DNA of 64,000 nt from Utricularia gibba (lineage: Eukaryota > Plantae > Magnoliophyta): contig NEEC01000014.1 of NCBI GenBank assembly GCA_002189035.1, forward strand, positions 744,001 through 808,000, written 5' to 3'. Below are positions 1 through 13,058 of this stretch, piece by piece. The first letter of the stretch is position 1, and the number at the start of each line of letters is the position of its first letter. Under the pieces are notes generated by a model, which was not told the DNA's origin, did no database searches, and was given only the letters and a program-made list of their open reading frames with translations. Made by a program: the position numbers and the translations under genes.

Positions 1-2019
1 AGTCCTCTTGTTAACGGCCGTTAGACCCAGCTGTCTTTCAATCCGGTGTGGGTTTCCCTTGTCGTTATGTGGATTGGTTAAATCTTTCTTATTTATTTTC
101 ATTTTGTAACAAAATAAAAATAAAAAATCTCCCCTTCCCGTCCCGTCGTCACAACTCACACGTGAACCATACAACTAAAATTATATTTTAAGTTCCACAA
201 CCAGTTCTACCCCTAATTTTTACACTACAATCACATTTTAAACTAAAAAAAATAAAAAAATCAAATCATTGATTTGTAGAAATAAACTATTTCTATAATA
301 TTTCATAACGAGTTTAATACTTTTTTATAATATTTTAAACAAAAATAAAAAATAATAATTTGAATGCAGTGCCATATACTTTTCTTTCAGATTCCATATT
401 TTTTAAAAAATAAAAATAATATAAAACTTTATAATAAATTATTATATTTAATAACCATTTTTGTGCAATATTTTAATAAAAAAAATAAGGTGTATTGGAT
501 ATTTTCTCATGACTTCATACGAAAGTGGATGATAATCGGGTATATTAAAAATTCGGATATCTTTTCATCGCTTTGTGATAAAATTTTAAATTTAATGTAT
601 GAAAAATATTATATGAATGTCCAATTTTTTAAATAACCCGAATATAATTCTATATATTTTAAAATAATGTGAGGAAGACAAAACCCTAATGTTATGGCAG
701 GAAGAGGCGCAGATACGAATTGGAAATAATAATACATTCCTCTTGCCACTGCATGACTGACATTAACTCTGGGTAGTTGAAGAAGAAGAAGAAGAGTTAT
801 ATGGGGGTGTCGGCTGCGGACTGATTGGATTCAATCCCCGACTCCAGCCGTGGTCCAACAAAATTTAATAATTAAAAAACCCAATATTTATAAAAAGAAA
901 ACATGCTGCAATAAATAAGGTGGGGGGGTGTGCTGTGCTGCTTTACCTGCTTTTGCATTGAAGAACTGCTGGATGATATCGAGAGATTGCTTTATCATCA
1001 TCGTCCTCGTCGTCCCCCATGCTTGGGTTCCGCGTCGTTGGCCCTGGCCCATCCCCATCCCCATCCCCCGGCTCCATTAATGAATGCAGCAACCCCCTGT
1101 TTGAATCCCCAACTTCTTACCCTTTTGTCGGTTCCCCTTCCCCTTTGTATTTTTACCACTCGAATCCATCATCTTTATCATCATCCACACTGTTGGAGAT
1201 CGATCCTTCCATGGATGAATGAGTGCCTGCATGTGACTGCAGCGCATCGGAGAGGAGTTCCGGTGGTGGAGAATGGGAGGAGGGAGGAGGCTCCCCGGGA
1301 ATGCAAAATGACCTGATTTCCGACACAAGAATACTTGGGGATCAGCTTTAGGGGCCCATTCTCAGATGCATGATTTGCAGTTACTGTTGGACTGTTGAAA
1401 CCAGTGTCCCCTCGAGGGTAATAAAATAATAAAATACTGCTTCTGGTTCAGTGAACAGATCCTTGTTGGGTCAAAGTTTGGGTGGCCATGGAAGTTGCGT
1501 AGCTTTTTCATGTTGTCAAAAGGCCCTATTTAGGTACACATATGATTATCAGATAGAAAGGTGACCGGAGAATATGGGAGCTGGCTGAGAAAAGGTGATG
1601 ATGATGCACTGTGACAGGAGTGATCATGATCATGATCATGACGATGATCTTCGCACGCGTTTCATGTCATCCCTACCAGCGAATCTTATGCTTATTTTGA
1701 TGCTCGGTATGATGGTACCACCAACTTCTGACAAGCAACAGGATTAGGGCTATTTAGCCCTAGCCCACGCGTGTGGGCCGGAGGTACGAGCAAGAATGAA
1801 ACTGGATCAACCCAATCGGTTATGGCAGGTGCAGTGGGATGGGCTGATGAGAGCAGTTTTGTAGTTCCAGGGCCGAATCCCGTTCGTTCAGTCGATAATT
1901 GACTTTCTTGGATGCTGCTGCTGCTGCTGCTGTGATTTCGCGAAAAATAACATGCTTGTAGGAGTGGCGATTTCCCGGGCGCCTTGTTCGATCTGAGTTG
2001 CGGCGGAAATCGGTCCGAA

Positions 2020-5000
2020 ATGCTGATGCAATTCGGAGCGACGGCGGATTCGATAAGCAAGGCTTCGACGTTGGTGTCGAGGATCGGGACCGATGCTCAC
2101 CTCTACGACGATCCCGAAGACGTCAGCATCGGGCCACTGCTTGATAGTAAGTTCGATTCCGAGAAATGCGAAGCTCTGAAGCGTCTTCTCGCACTCATCG
2201 CGCAGGGGTTCGATGTTTCCAGTTACTTCCCTCAGGTTTGCGGCTTGCTGAATAGTGGATCGTGAGCTGATTTTGGAGATAACTGTAATGTGTTTTTGAA
2301 TTATCAGGTGGTGAAAAACGTGGCGTCTCAATCGGTCGAAGTTAAGAAGCTGGTTTACTTGTACTTGCTGCACTACGCTGAAAAGTATGAATTGAAATCA
2401 ACTTTTGAGTGTAGATGTTCTCCTAGCTGTTCATACACTGATCGATGAAGTCACAATACATGATTTTGATGGCTATATTTCTGTGTCTTCTAGACGGCCC
2501 AATGAAACACTGCTGTCCATAAATTGTTTTCAGAAAGATTTAGGGGATCCAAATCCACTGGTGAGAGCATGGGCACTCCGGACAATGGCAGGTATTCGGT
2601 TGCATGTCATAGCACCGCTTGTTCTGGTGGTTGTTGGAAAGTGTGCTAGAGATCCATCTGTGTATGTAAGGAAGTGTGCTGCTATTGCACTGCCCAAGTT
2701 GCATGATTTGCAAGTGGAGGAACATGCTGCTACAATTGAAGAGGTGAGTCATGCAACTGCAAACTTGTCGCCCGTTCTCTCATTGTGTTTGCTTTAATCC
2801 ATCTGCACACTAGAACTGTTCAAATGAAAATTCGTTGACAGGAAAAACTGTATAAATTGGCCCCTACGTAATCCAGTTAAATTTCTTTTGTTAATTGGTA
2901 TCATTCACTTGGTCTTAATTGGTGATTCTCTTAACAGATCGTAGGTGTTTTGTTGAATGACAATTCTCCTGCAGTGGTTGGTGCTGCTGCTGTAGCATTC
3001 ACGTCAGTTTGCCCTCATAATTTGACTCTGATTGGAAGACACTACAGAAAATTATGTGAAATCCTTACTGATGTGGAAGAATGGGGTCAGATTGCCTTAA
3101 TTAGTATTCTCCTACGGTATGCAATTGCGAAGCATGGACTAGTTAGGGAGTCCATAATGTTATTTTCGAAAAGTTATAATTCAGAAAATGAGAAGTCATT
3201 ACCTGACAAAGGAAAACAACCACGTGATGATGCGGAGAGTGATATAGTGGTAGAGGTAGCACATCTAGTGTCCCAAAGTTATCTAGAAGGGTCAGATAAG
3301 TACTTATCTTATCCTGGTCATGTGAAATCAGACTCTCTCTATGTTGATAAGTCGCGTGTTACATCTGCAAAGACCAATGATGACATCAAAGCCTTGCTTC
3401 GCTCTACATTGCCATTATTGTGGAGTTGTAATAGTGCTGTAGTCCTTTCTGCTGCTAGCGTTCACTGGATTATGGCTCCGACAGAGGATATTGTAAAAAT
3501 CGTAAAGCCTTTGCTATTTCTCTTGAGGTCGTCAAGCTACTCAAAATATGTGGTATGTTAGTATTCGTTGTAGCATCAGCTCATGAAATTCCATTTCCTA
3601 AATTCTAGTTTTTACCAACATTGTTATGTCACCCAGCTTTTGTGCTTGCTTCATGTGCAGGTCCTTTGCAATATTCAGGTCCTTGCGAAAGCAATCCCCT
3701 CTCTGTTTTCTCCGTACTTTGAAGATTTCTTCATCAGCTCTTCTGATTCGTATCAAATAAAGAACATGAAGCTAGAAATTCTTTCCTCTGTAGCAACGTA
3801 TTCAACAATATATTCTATCTTTCAGGAGTTTCAGGTTGATTTATTGTATTTCCTATTCAAAATTATCATGTTGATGATGTTAAATTAATAATTTAGATTT
3901 TTGGGGCTTGACATTTTCCACCTGAAACTGAAATTTGCTAAAGTTTGACTCTAGTTGAAATGGCTTTTACCATGGAATCGTTATTGGGATGTCTTAAGAT
4001 CATATATTAGTCTTTTCATAGGATTACATTAGAGATCCAGATAGGAGATTTGCTGCTGATGTGGTGGCAGCTATTAGCTTATGTGTGCAAAGACTCCCAG
4101 ATGTCGCTGACACTTGCTTAGAAGGACTCTTGTTTCTGGCCTTATCTGGTATTTTCTCTCTTTGCAGACTTAGCAGCAAACTGTTTCCCACCCCAATCCA
4201 TTTGTCTTCCAGTTTCACCTTTTTGATGACTATGATTTCTTAACAAAACTTCAGAATTTCCAAAGTTGGACCCGTCATCATCAGTTGAAGAAGAGATTGT
4301 ATTGGTGCAAATCATCAAATCTATCAAGGCTATCATAAAACAAGATCCTCTGAAGCATGAAAGAGTAAGTTGTCTTGCTTTGATATGCAAACTACAATGC
4401 CTATTGGCCACAAGGGTTGCGGATGATTATATGCTATGCTTGATCCATATCCTTTGAGTACCATTCCATGTTGATAAATGCTGGTGGACTAGTTTTTTTC
4501 TTATTTATGTACACAAATCCAAGAGACATATTTCTGTAGGATTTGTGTTTCAATTCATGGTTTGTTATCTCTCTGAAACCTAACTTCTTTTGAAGATTAC
4601 TGCTTGCCTTGTCCGAAGATTGGAATTGATTCGGGCTTCAGAAGCACGTGCAATGGTTATATGGATGATAGGTGAGTACTGCAACATTGGAAGCTTCCTA
4701 CCAAAGATGGTTCCCGTGGTATTAAAGTATCTTGCCAGATGCTTTCCCTTGGAAGCCATTGAAACAAAACTTCAGATTCTTATTGCTTTCATCAAGGTAA
4801 TTAGTGTCCCTAATTAGTAATGGCTGCAATATGCGCCCTTGATGAACACTAGTTTTCCTCGCAAGTTGTTTATGTGATTCTAATGGTTTGTTAACTCATG
4901 ACTTTTTTAAATTAATATGAGAGGAGCACAATGGCTTTTCAGGTTCTCCTGCGCTGTGAGGGGGAATCTGCATATGAGCTAAAAATTTTGGTAGGATATG

Positions 5001-6922
5001 TTCTTGAGCTAGCCTTATCTGACATGAGCTTTGATGTTCGTGACCGTGCTCGTGTGATAAAGAAAATTCATTCAACCCCAGAAATCTCCCACTCCTTTCA
5101 AAGTGAATTGAAGGACATGAATACTTTGCTTGCTGGATGCATCTTTGGAAGCGGGAGGCAATACCCTTCTTCACCAATTACTTATCGGGTTTATCTTCCT
5201 GGATCTCTTTCACAAATAGTATTTCATGCTGCTCCTGGATATGCGCCTTTACCAGAACCTTGTAGCCTTGTTGAGGAAGAGATTAGCTCGACCATGAATA
5301 GAGCAGAGGCAATTGGACTTACAGTGAATCAGACTCATCCAGAGGGAGAGGATAATTCTTATGACAGCTCAGGATCTCTTGATCAGGAAGATGCATCTGA
5401 TTATAGTTCTCGGAGTTCTGGATCTGATTCCAGGTTAAGCAGAGTATCAAGTGACACTGATGACAATAACAGTGAACTGATTCATATCTCAGATGTCGCT
5501 CCTGGTTCCAGTAATCACTATGAAAGCACAGAGAACAGTAATTCACAGTTGGCTGATGATGGTGTGATGTCAAACAGAGCGCTTGAATTATGGCTGAATG
5601 AAAACCCTAGTTCAAGCCAAAAGCCAGTTGATACTGTTCACGTTGCACGGCCATTAGCAAGGTTCTCACTTAAGAACATAGGGCAGCTGGTTAAACCTGT
5701 CACCTTGACACTACTTGACCATGGCAACAATAATATATTAGGTGTGAATTACATATTTTCATTCGAGGTGTCCACCATATCTAAACAGCTTGTGTGCCTG
5801 GAAATGTCCTTTAGCAACTTCTCAACAGAGCCTATATCTAATATATTTATTTCAGAAGATGTATGCAATCAAGGTCCAGATGCACTGGACACATCAAAGC
5901 CATCAAAGGAAAGGTGCGTTGAATTAATAATTTATAGTTCATCCATATCCTGGAATTTGTACTCTGCTCCTGCTATCAGTTTTTTTGTTTTTTTTTTGTG
6001 GCACTTTCTTTGCCCGTTCTTTCCTCTAATTTTTGAAAGTATAAAAATCTGAGGTGTATGATCTTTTCAGCATAATCTTGTGTAGAACAGATTTTATAAT
6101 AATCAAATGAAATTATGCAGTCTTTTGTATTTCCTAGTGATGTTGCAACAACAGTACACATGGCCAAGATAGATGAGATTGCTCCTGGCCAGACAACCTC
6201 CAGATTGCTCCAGGTTCGCTTTGAGCATCATTTGCTACCGCTGGAATTGATGCTATGGCATGATGGAAATAAGCAACCAGTGAAGTTACGACCCAATATC
6301 GGCTATTTTATCAAACCGCTACCTATGGATTCTGAAGCATTTGCAACCCAAGTGTCCAGACTTACTGGGATGTTCGAATGCACACGAAGGTCAACTTTAA
6401 ATACTCATTCCATTGCATTACTTCAATTATATGCGGTTCACTTTGCTAAACTGATTTGGAAAGCCAAATTATTACCTGTCGTTGCACTGCCATATTTTGT
6501 ATGAGGAAGCCACACCAGTTACTTTGAGTTGCAGATCTTCCTTCCCTTACTCCCCTCCTATCTGCAACAGTTTTTCCTTCAAGGGTCACATTGGGCGGTT
6601 ACATGACGAGGACAAAGGCGCCCAGATGAAGGATGATGTTCTAATGATATGCGAGAAGCTGGCAGTGAAGATGCTCAGCAACGCAAATGTGTTTCTCGTG
6701 TCCGTGGACATGCCCGTTGCTGCCACTCTCAATGATTTAACCGGACTGTGCCTGCGCTTCAGTAGTGAGATCCTCAGCAGCTCACTTCCGTGTCTCATCA
6801 CGCTCACTCTCGAAGGTACGTCTTCTGAACCTCTTCAAGTACTGGTGCGCATCAACTGCGAAGAAACCGTCTTTGCGTTGAACCTCCTGAACAGAGTTGT
6901 CAGTTTCCTTGCTGAGAGCTAG
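2020..6922 (+). CDS. AP3B: AP-3 adaptor complex beta subunit (about 11 exons)
   Basis: Exon translations join into an adaptin-N protein: MLMQFGATADSISKASTLVSRIGTDAHLYDDPEDVSIGPLLDSKFDSEKCEALKRLLALIAQGFDVS, KDLGDPNPLVRAWALRTMAGIRLHVIAPLV, DVEEWGQI, ARAMVIWMIGEY, DVRDRAR, ending ETVFALNLLNRVVSFLAES*. GT-AG boundaries seen between ORF pieces; ATG at 2020. Confidence 0.95.
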
Positions 6923-7788
6923 TGAGAGTAGCAATGGAGATTCTTGTATGATGAATGTGCGTATGTTCTCGTTCCATTGCACGTTTTTTTCTGGGTTCCT
7001 TCTCTGGGTTGGTCTCGATTCGGACCTCGCCCGGGGACTGGGCTTGGATTTGACTTGAACTCGGATCCGAATACATTTGATCGAGTACAATTAATTTAAT
7101 ACTCCTAAACACAGGTGCATGTAGACTGTAGTGATGGGTTTATATTATAATATTAAATTATGCATTAATTAAATAATATTAAGTTGACTATATTCACATC
7201 ATATTAAAATTAATTTTATTTTATATAATTTGAAATATAACTTCAAAATGATTTCATTGAATTCTCATTTTCATTCTTATTTATATTTTTTTCCCAATTT
7301 TCTTTTAGTTTTAGGGCTTAGAAGCATTGAGTGTGAAATGTATTGCATAAAGTAGCATTATATATATTATTGTCATTTATAATAAAAATATGTTTTTCAT
7401 TTTATAATTTATTTTAAAATTATGGAATATCATTTTTATTTTATATCTTGTTCTTATTTTTCAAAAATTGATCTTGAAACAAAACATAGTTTTAACGAAT
7501 ATACTCTTCCTGTAACGTGTGTTTGTGGGAAGGGAGAAGGGAAAACAACGTTCTGTCTAATTGAAAGTAAACCCTATGAATATGCGGTTAGATTGAATAC
7601 AAAAAGATTCCCCCTAACTCTCCCGAGGTGGAGTATCTCTACAGTTTTTAATTGGATCAGCATGCAGACATACTCCTTTCAAAACTCTGCAAGGCCATCG
7701 TCCCCATGAATTGTCAACTTCCATTTACGAACCAGCAGCTGTGGTTATTTTAAAACCAGGCTCCAGTCCCAGGTGAACTCTTAATCTC

Positions 7789-9387
7789 ATGCCATCCCCC
7801 GCATTCCAAGGAGTATTCTTGTTATTTCTCTGCCCTTTGCGGCGGCGCGTGGCCAGAGATAATCATCCATCACACATGGATGCCCCACGCGGCGCCTTAA
7901 GGACTGCCGTCTCCGTCGCTGTCCTCTTCTCCCTTTCGTTCGGCTTCTACTCCTTTCTCCTGCGCTCCGTTGACAGGCCAGCTCGTCCCTTATATCCTGC
8001 CGAGAGAAACGACACCGATTCTCCCACCGACATTTCGCACATCGTGTTCGGCATCGGAGGCTCGGTCGATACGTGGGCGACGCGCGGACGATACGTGAAC
8101 CTGTGGTGGGCACCGCAGTGCACACGCGGATACGTCTTCTTCGAGAGGCACCCCCCCGACAACCATACCAGCCGCACCTCCTCCATCAGTTACCGCGTGT
8201 CCTCAAACTGGACACGGTTCCCCCACACCGGCGGCTCGGACTCTGCTGTGCGGCTTGCGCGCGTTATCGTCGACTTGTTCGCGCTGAAGCTCGAGAACGT
8301 GCGGTGGTTCGTGATGGGTGACGACGACACCGTGTTCTTCCCGGAGAATCTCGCTGCGGTTCTCGGGAAATACGATCACCGCCGCATGATGTACATCGGC
8401 GGTAACTCAGAGAGCGTGGAGCAGAACGTGATGCATGCCTACGGAATGGCGTTCGGCGGCGGTGGGTTCGCGGTTAGTTACCCGCTGGCGGCGAGGCTGT
8501 CCGAGGAGATGGACGGTTGCCTGGATAGGTACCATTATCTGTACGGCTCAGATGCAAGGGTCTGGGCATGCGTAGCGGAACTGGGTGTGCAGCTCACCCG
8601 AGAACCCGGCTTCCATCAGGTAATCTTCAAAATTCTCTGCATATTTCGCATCTTAAATGACCAAACAAATCATGAACTCAGATGGACATAAACGGAGACC
8701 CATTCGGCCTCCTGGCTGCCCATCCATTGGCACCACTGGTTTCCCTTCACCACGTGGATCACATCAGCCCACTGTTCCCAAATCACACCCAGTTGGCGTC
8801 ACTCGGAAAACTCCTCACGGCGCACGACGCCGATCCCTCCCGGACTCTACAGCACTGCTTCTGCTACTCCCCAACGACTGGTCTGTCTCCGTTTCCTGGG
8901 GCTACGCCGTTCAAATACACCCGTTCCTGATCCCGCCCCACGAGCTAGAGACCCCGTTGCAGACGTTTCACACCTGGAGGAGCTGGCAACCTCAGCCCTT
9001 CACCTTTAACACTCGCCCCGTCAGCCCCGACCCTTGCCGGCGACCGGTCGTATTCTACCTCCAGTCCACCCAGAGCCTGCCCGGTGCACGTACCACGGTT
9101 ACAGAGTATAGGAAGATCTTGGTGGAGGCGGCGGCGGTGCAGGGGTGCAACCAGAGCTATGCTGAGGCTTTCGCTGTGGAGAAGGTGGTCGTCATAGCTC
9201 CCTTGATGGACCCCCATGAGTGGGATCAGGTTGGTTCTTCATCCCATTTTCACCCTGCTGTATTACTCCCCGAGCACGATGACTAGTTTGATGGTCGTAC
9301 ACGCAGAGCCCCCGGAGACACCGTTGCCAGATTGTCAGTTCACTGCAAAGCTCTCTCAGGATCAGAATCACGCAGTGGAACAACTGA
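7789..9387 (+). CDS. DUF604 / fringe-like (GT31-related) glycosyltransferase, 3 exons, with a -1 frameshift at 8869-8872
   Basis: N-terminal TM anchor then HIVFGIGGS, RWFVMGDDDTVFF, YIGGNSESVEQN, MAFGGGGFAVSYPLA, YGSDARV, EPGFHQ|MDINGDPFGLLAAHPLAPLVSLHH, WSVSVSWGY, ETPLQTF, FTFNTRP. Exons 7789-8619, 8682-9229, 9307-9387 (SPRRHRCQ...RIRITQWNN*). The frame changes inside exon 2. Confidence 0.9.
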
Positions 9388-9612
9388 ATGTTCAGACTCG
9401 AATGAGCATTGAAAATGGCATAGTTACACGTCATTAATAGCGTTTAATAAATTATTATTATTATTTTATCTAAATGCAATCGCACGGAATAATTTTAAAG
9501 CTTGGGCTTCTAGTTAGACGGAAACCTGAAGCCCAATTAGAGATGAGTGTCTGGCCCAATTTCTGAAGATTAAATTTTAAATTCATATTCGGGAGCGGTT
9601 GAAGTTCCGTAA

Positions 9613-11399
9613 ATGTCGATCCCCGCGGCGTTTGGAGATTCTGACGTTGGCGAATTGCAAGCCATCGCCGCAGAGCAGTGCGGTGAAATCATGGCTGCGA
9701 AGGCCGTCGAGGATGACCTTAACTTCGCGTACGAGCTCCAACTTCAGGAAGCCATCAATGCTTCGCTTTCGGCGTCACAACAGCAACCACTTGTCGATGA
9801 TGATCCACGGCCGCCGAACTCTGGAGAAGCGTCTGGATTTATCGACGCTTTGTCGGAGGAAGTCCAGAAATTCCGGCGTGAACTGGAAGATCAAACCTTT
9901 TCTGAGACTGAGTTCAAGAAATTGAAGACTGAAATTCAACTCCGGAATCACGATTACCAAGTGGCGCGGGAAATCTATGAAATGGAGGATGATGATTGGG
10001 AGGAATGGGGCGATAATTTTGAGCGTCCCTTTGGAGAGGGCAGCACATCTAGTGTTTCGTCAGAGGGTGAGTTTAGGGTTTATTTTAAGGGTTCTCTGGA
10101 TTCCCAGACATCGAATGGGGTTCCATTGGCTGGTGTTGGCGTTGCTGTATGCGATTCGAGGGACGTTTTATTGTTTGAAATGCGAAAGCCGATTGTGCCC
10201 GGAAACAAAAGCCAGGTAGAACTGATGGCTCTGCTCGAGGCCATGACTATATCTTTTGATCTGGAATTGAAGAGTATTGTACTGTACTTCAGCTGCTTCG
10301 CGATTTACAATTATGTGAGTGCTTGACAGTATATGCATACTCGCAGTTTTGTTTTTTTTCTCATACAACTGTTGCTTGCTTTGTATTCTATTCCACTGCT
10401 ACTTGGATATCGTAGGTAAATCGGTCATGGAGGCCTAAACAGCGAAAACTTTCAGATTTAGTTGATCAAATTACCCTCTTTCGCCGGAAGTTCACATCCT
10501 GCAGATCAGTTCTTGTGCCTGGAAATGAAATAAAGTATGCATTTAAGCTAGCTAGAGAAGCTGTAGTTTCTCAGGTGATGAAGGCTGCTGCTGAGTCGAG
10601 CACTCCGGGGAAGCCTCGTGAGACCTGTGTTATTTGCATGGAATAAGTGGCTCTAGAGCACATCTTTTTCATTGAAAAATGTCTGCACCGATACTGCACA
10701 CCATGTATGCGGCAGCATGTGGAAGTTAAACTTCACCAGGGAATGCTGCCCAATTGTCCCCATGATGACTGCACCACTACCCTTACTTTGGAAAGCTGTA
10801 GCAAATTCTTGACACCAAAGTTGCAGGGAATCATGGAGCAGCGTTTGTTGGAGGATTCCATTCCTGTTACAGACAAAGTCTACTGCCTTTATCCCAAATG
10901 CTCTGCTTTAATGTCCATGAAAGATTTTGCCGGAAGTTCGAAGACCTCTGAGATATGGGCATCATTCAGAAGGTGCACGAAATGCGATCGCGGTTTCTGC
11001 CTAAACTGCAGAGTCCCTTGGCATGACAACATGACTTGCTCCAAGTACAGGACGGGAAATCCCCTCCCCCTTCAGGAAGATGCGAGGTTGAAGAACATGG
11101 CTCGCAGACACAGGTGGCGCCAATGTGTCAAATGCAAGCATATGATTGAACTAGCAGCTGGCTGTTACCACATTACTTGCAGGTAAAATTATCAATGCCA
11201 TGTTTGACATCCTTGAAGCCGTCTCTTTCGTGCTGATGCCATGGTTCGTTCCTGCAGATGTGGACACGAATTTTGCTATACTTGCGAAGCACAGTATATA
11301 AAAGGAAAGGCAACCTGCAAATGCCCCCTTTGGAATGAAAATAACATCTGGCAGGGCGATGAAGATGAAGATGAAGATGACGATGATACCTTCTTTTGA
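9613..11399 (+). pseudogene. RBR (RING1-IBR-RING2) E3 ubiquitin ligase of RSL1/ARI-like type with RNase H-like N-domain; premature TAA at 10644-10646
   Basis: Exons 9613-10314, 10416-11182, 11258-11399. Motifs DDLNFAYELQLQEAINAS, FRVYFKG, ETCVICME*VALEHIFFIEKCLHRYC, CPHDDC, YCLYPKCSALM, FCLNCRVPWH, WRQCVKCKHMIELAAGCYHITCR|CGHEFCYTC. The stop is in frame with the downstream RBR sequence. Confidence 0.8.
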
Positions 11400-11845
11400 G
11401 GAACATCTAGGAGTGGTAAAAAAAACCTGAAAATAGGGAAGGTAATTCGGGTTTTGCTCTACAGCTGTTTTTGTATTGGGGGTGAGGTGGGGGCAGTCCC
11501 CCCTCAGCCCCCTCACGTGTGGTTTTTGTCGGTGCGCACGTGTGCATGGAAACCGTTGGAACAGATTCTGGGGCTACTGTAGATAGTTTTATTATATTAA
11601 AATTTTAAAATAATATTTTCCATCTTTTTCTCGTTTCGGAATATTGGTTTGATATTTAATGAATTTATTTTTTATAATCGATATATTTGAAAAAAGAAAT
11701 TGATACTATTTAAAGAGTTAGGAAAAATAGTTTGGGCCGTTGACGAAATGGGCCCATGAGTACAACAGGCCTTGTATGCTCTTCCTTGTACAACAGCGGT
11801 TTCCGTCAAATCGTCTTCGCGGTTCGGTCTGGAAATTGGGGTACG

Positions 11846-12844
11846 ATGATCAGCATTCTTGCCCAGGTTTCCGCTTTGTATCAATGGATGGATTCCGAAA
11901 GCTAGGTTTTTTTCTTCGCCGACTATGTATGTGTCTGTAATTTGCAGGAACGTCTTTTAGGGGCGGCGCTCGGAACCGCATTTGCGTCAGCTGTGATATT
12001 TGAGCACCGTAGGAGACTCTACGAATCCATCTCGAAATTGCATCCCAAGGTACTTTTTTTTTTCGCTTCTGTGGTGGGTTTTCATTGACTTCTTCGATTT
12101 TGTGTATCTCTTGCACTTTGGCAATTGATTATTAGGTTACAGGGGCTTGTGGTTGTTTGTTGGGGCTGATGATTGTTTTCAGTTTTTTGGTGTTGTGGGC
12201 ATTGGTCACTTTGGGAATGTTACATGTGGCTTTACTGCATTCCAGAGCATACTATTGAACCATGACCTGGTTGGATCTATAAGATGAAAGTTAGTTATCG
12301 CTGTCAGAATTTAGGGTAGTTGCCCTTTGGCTTGACCCGCTTTTTTGAAATTGTATATATGATCGTCCAAATAAACCGAGGTAATTTATGATGTTAAAGG
12401 GCTTCAGATTCTATGAAAGAGCCACATGAGTAGTGTAGGCAACTTTCTCTTGAATGGTGACTCTGACCCTAGATACCTTGAAGTTATTCGATGGTGTTTC
12501 ATGTGTTCTGATATGAATAACAACTTTGTTATATATATTTGCGGGTATTCCATCTTTTGAATTGAGTGGATTGATTGTTGTCAAAGATAACTATTGCGTT
12601 CTAGAAAAGCATCCCGTAAAAACCACTTTTGTGTACAAGATGCTTGGTTTCCTTATTTTTTGGATTATTTCAATTGTTCTGTTACTTCCCAGAATAAATG
12701 TGTTGTACCCTTCTCAATCTGTTTCAGCCAAAAGAGCCTATCTTCGGTCAAAAGTCGAGACAAGAGTTTTGCCACTTGTGGAATAAGTCCGTGGACAAGG
12801 CATTTGCACCTCTCATTCAATCTCTAAGCTCACGCGGATGGTAG
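11846..12844 (+). CDS. Small conserved plant protein (79 aa, 3 exons) with one hydrophobic segment; not in the ORF track
   Basis: Exons 11846-11866, 11948-12049, 12728-12844, all phase 0 with GT-AG, give MISILAQ|ERLLGAALGTAFASAVIFEHRRRLYESISKLHPK|PKEPIFGQKSRQEFCHLWNKSVDKAFAPLIQSLSSRGW*. I recognise this pattern from uncharacterised plant proteins. Confidence 0.85.
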
Positions 12845-13058
12845 ATTTGTACCATGAGATGTCAAAGTAATGATTACCTCATGTTTGTAATAATCATCCT
12901 GATGAATCTTTTCGACTCAGCTATTGCAAGTTAATGTTGTCACACATTAGATTGTTACTCAACATGACAATACATTTTTGTCTTTGGATAATAACTCATT
13001 TCTAGGAATTGGTGGAAGTGACCATAGACTACTGACTTGCCTTGGATCTCCACAAAAG

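Noticed and set aside
364-636. 90-aa ORF in AT-rich DNA
   Set aside because: Composition (K/N/I/F/Y) simply reflects AT richness; no motif and no splice context.
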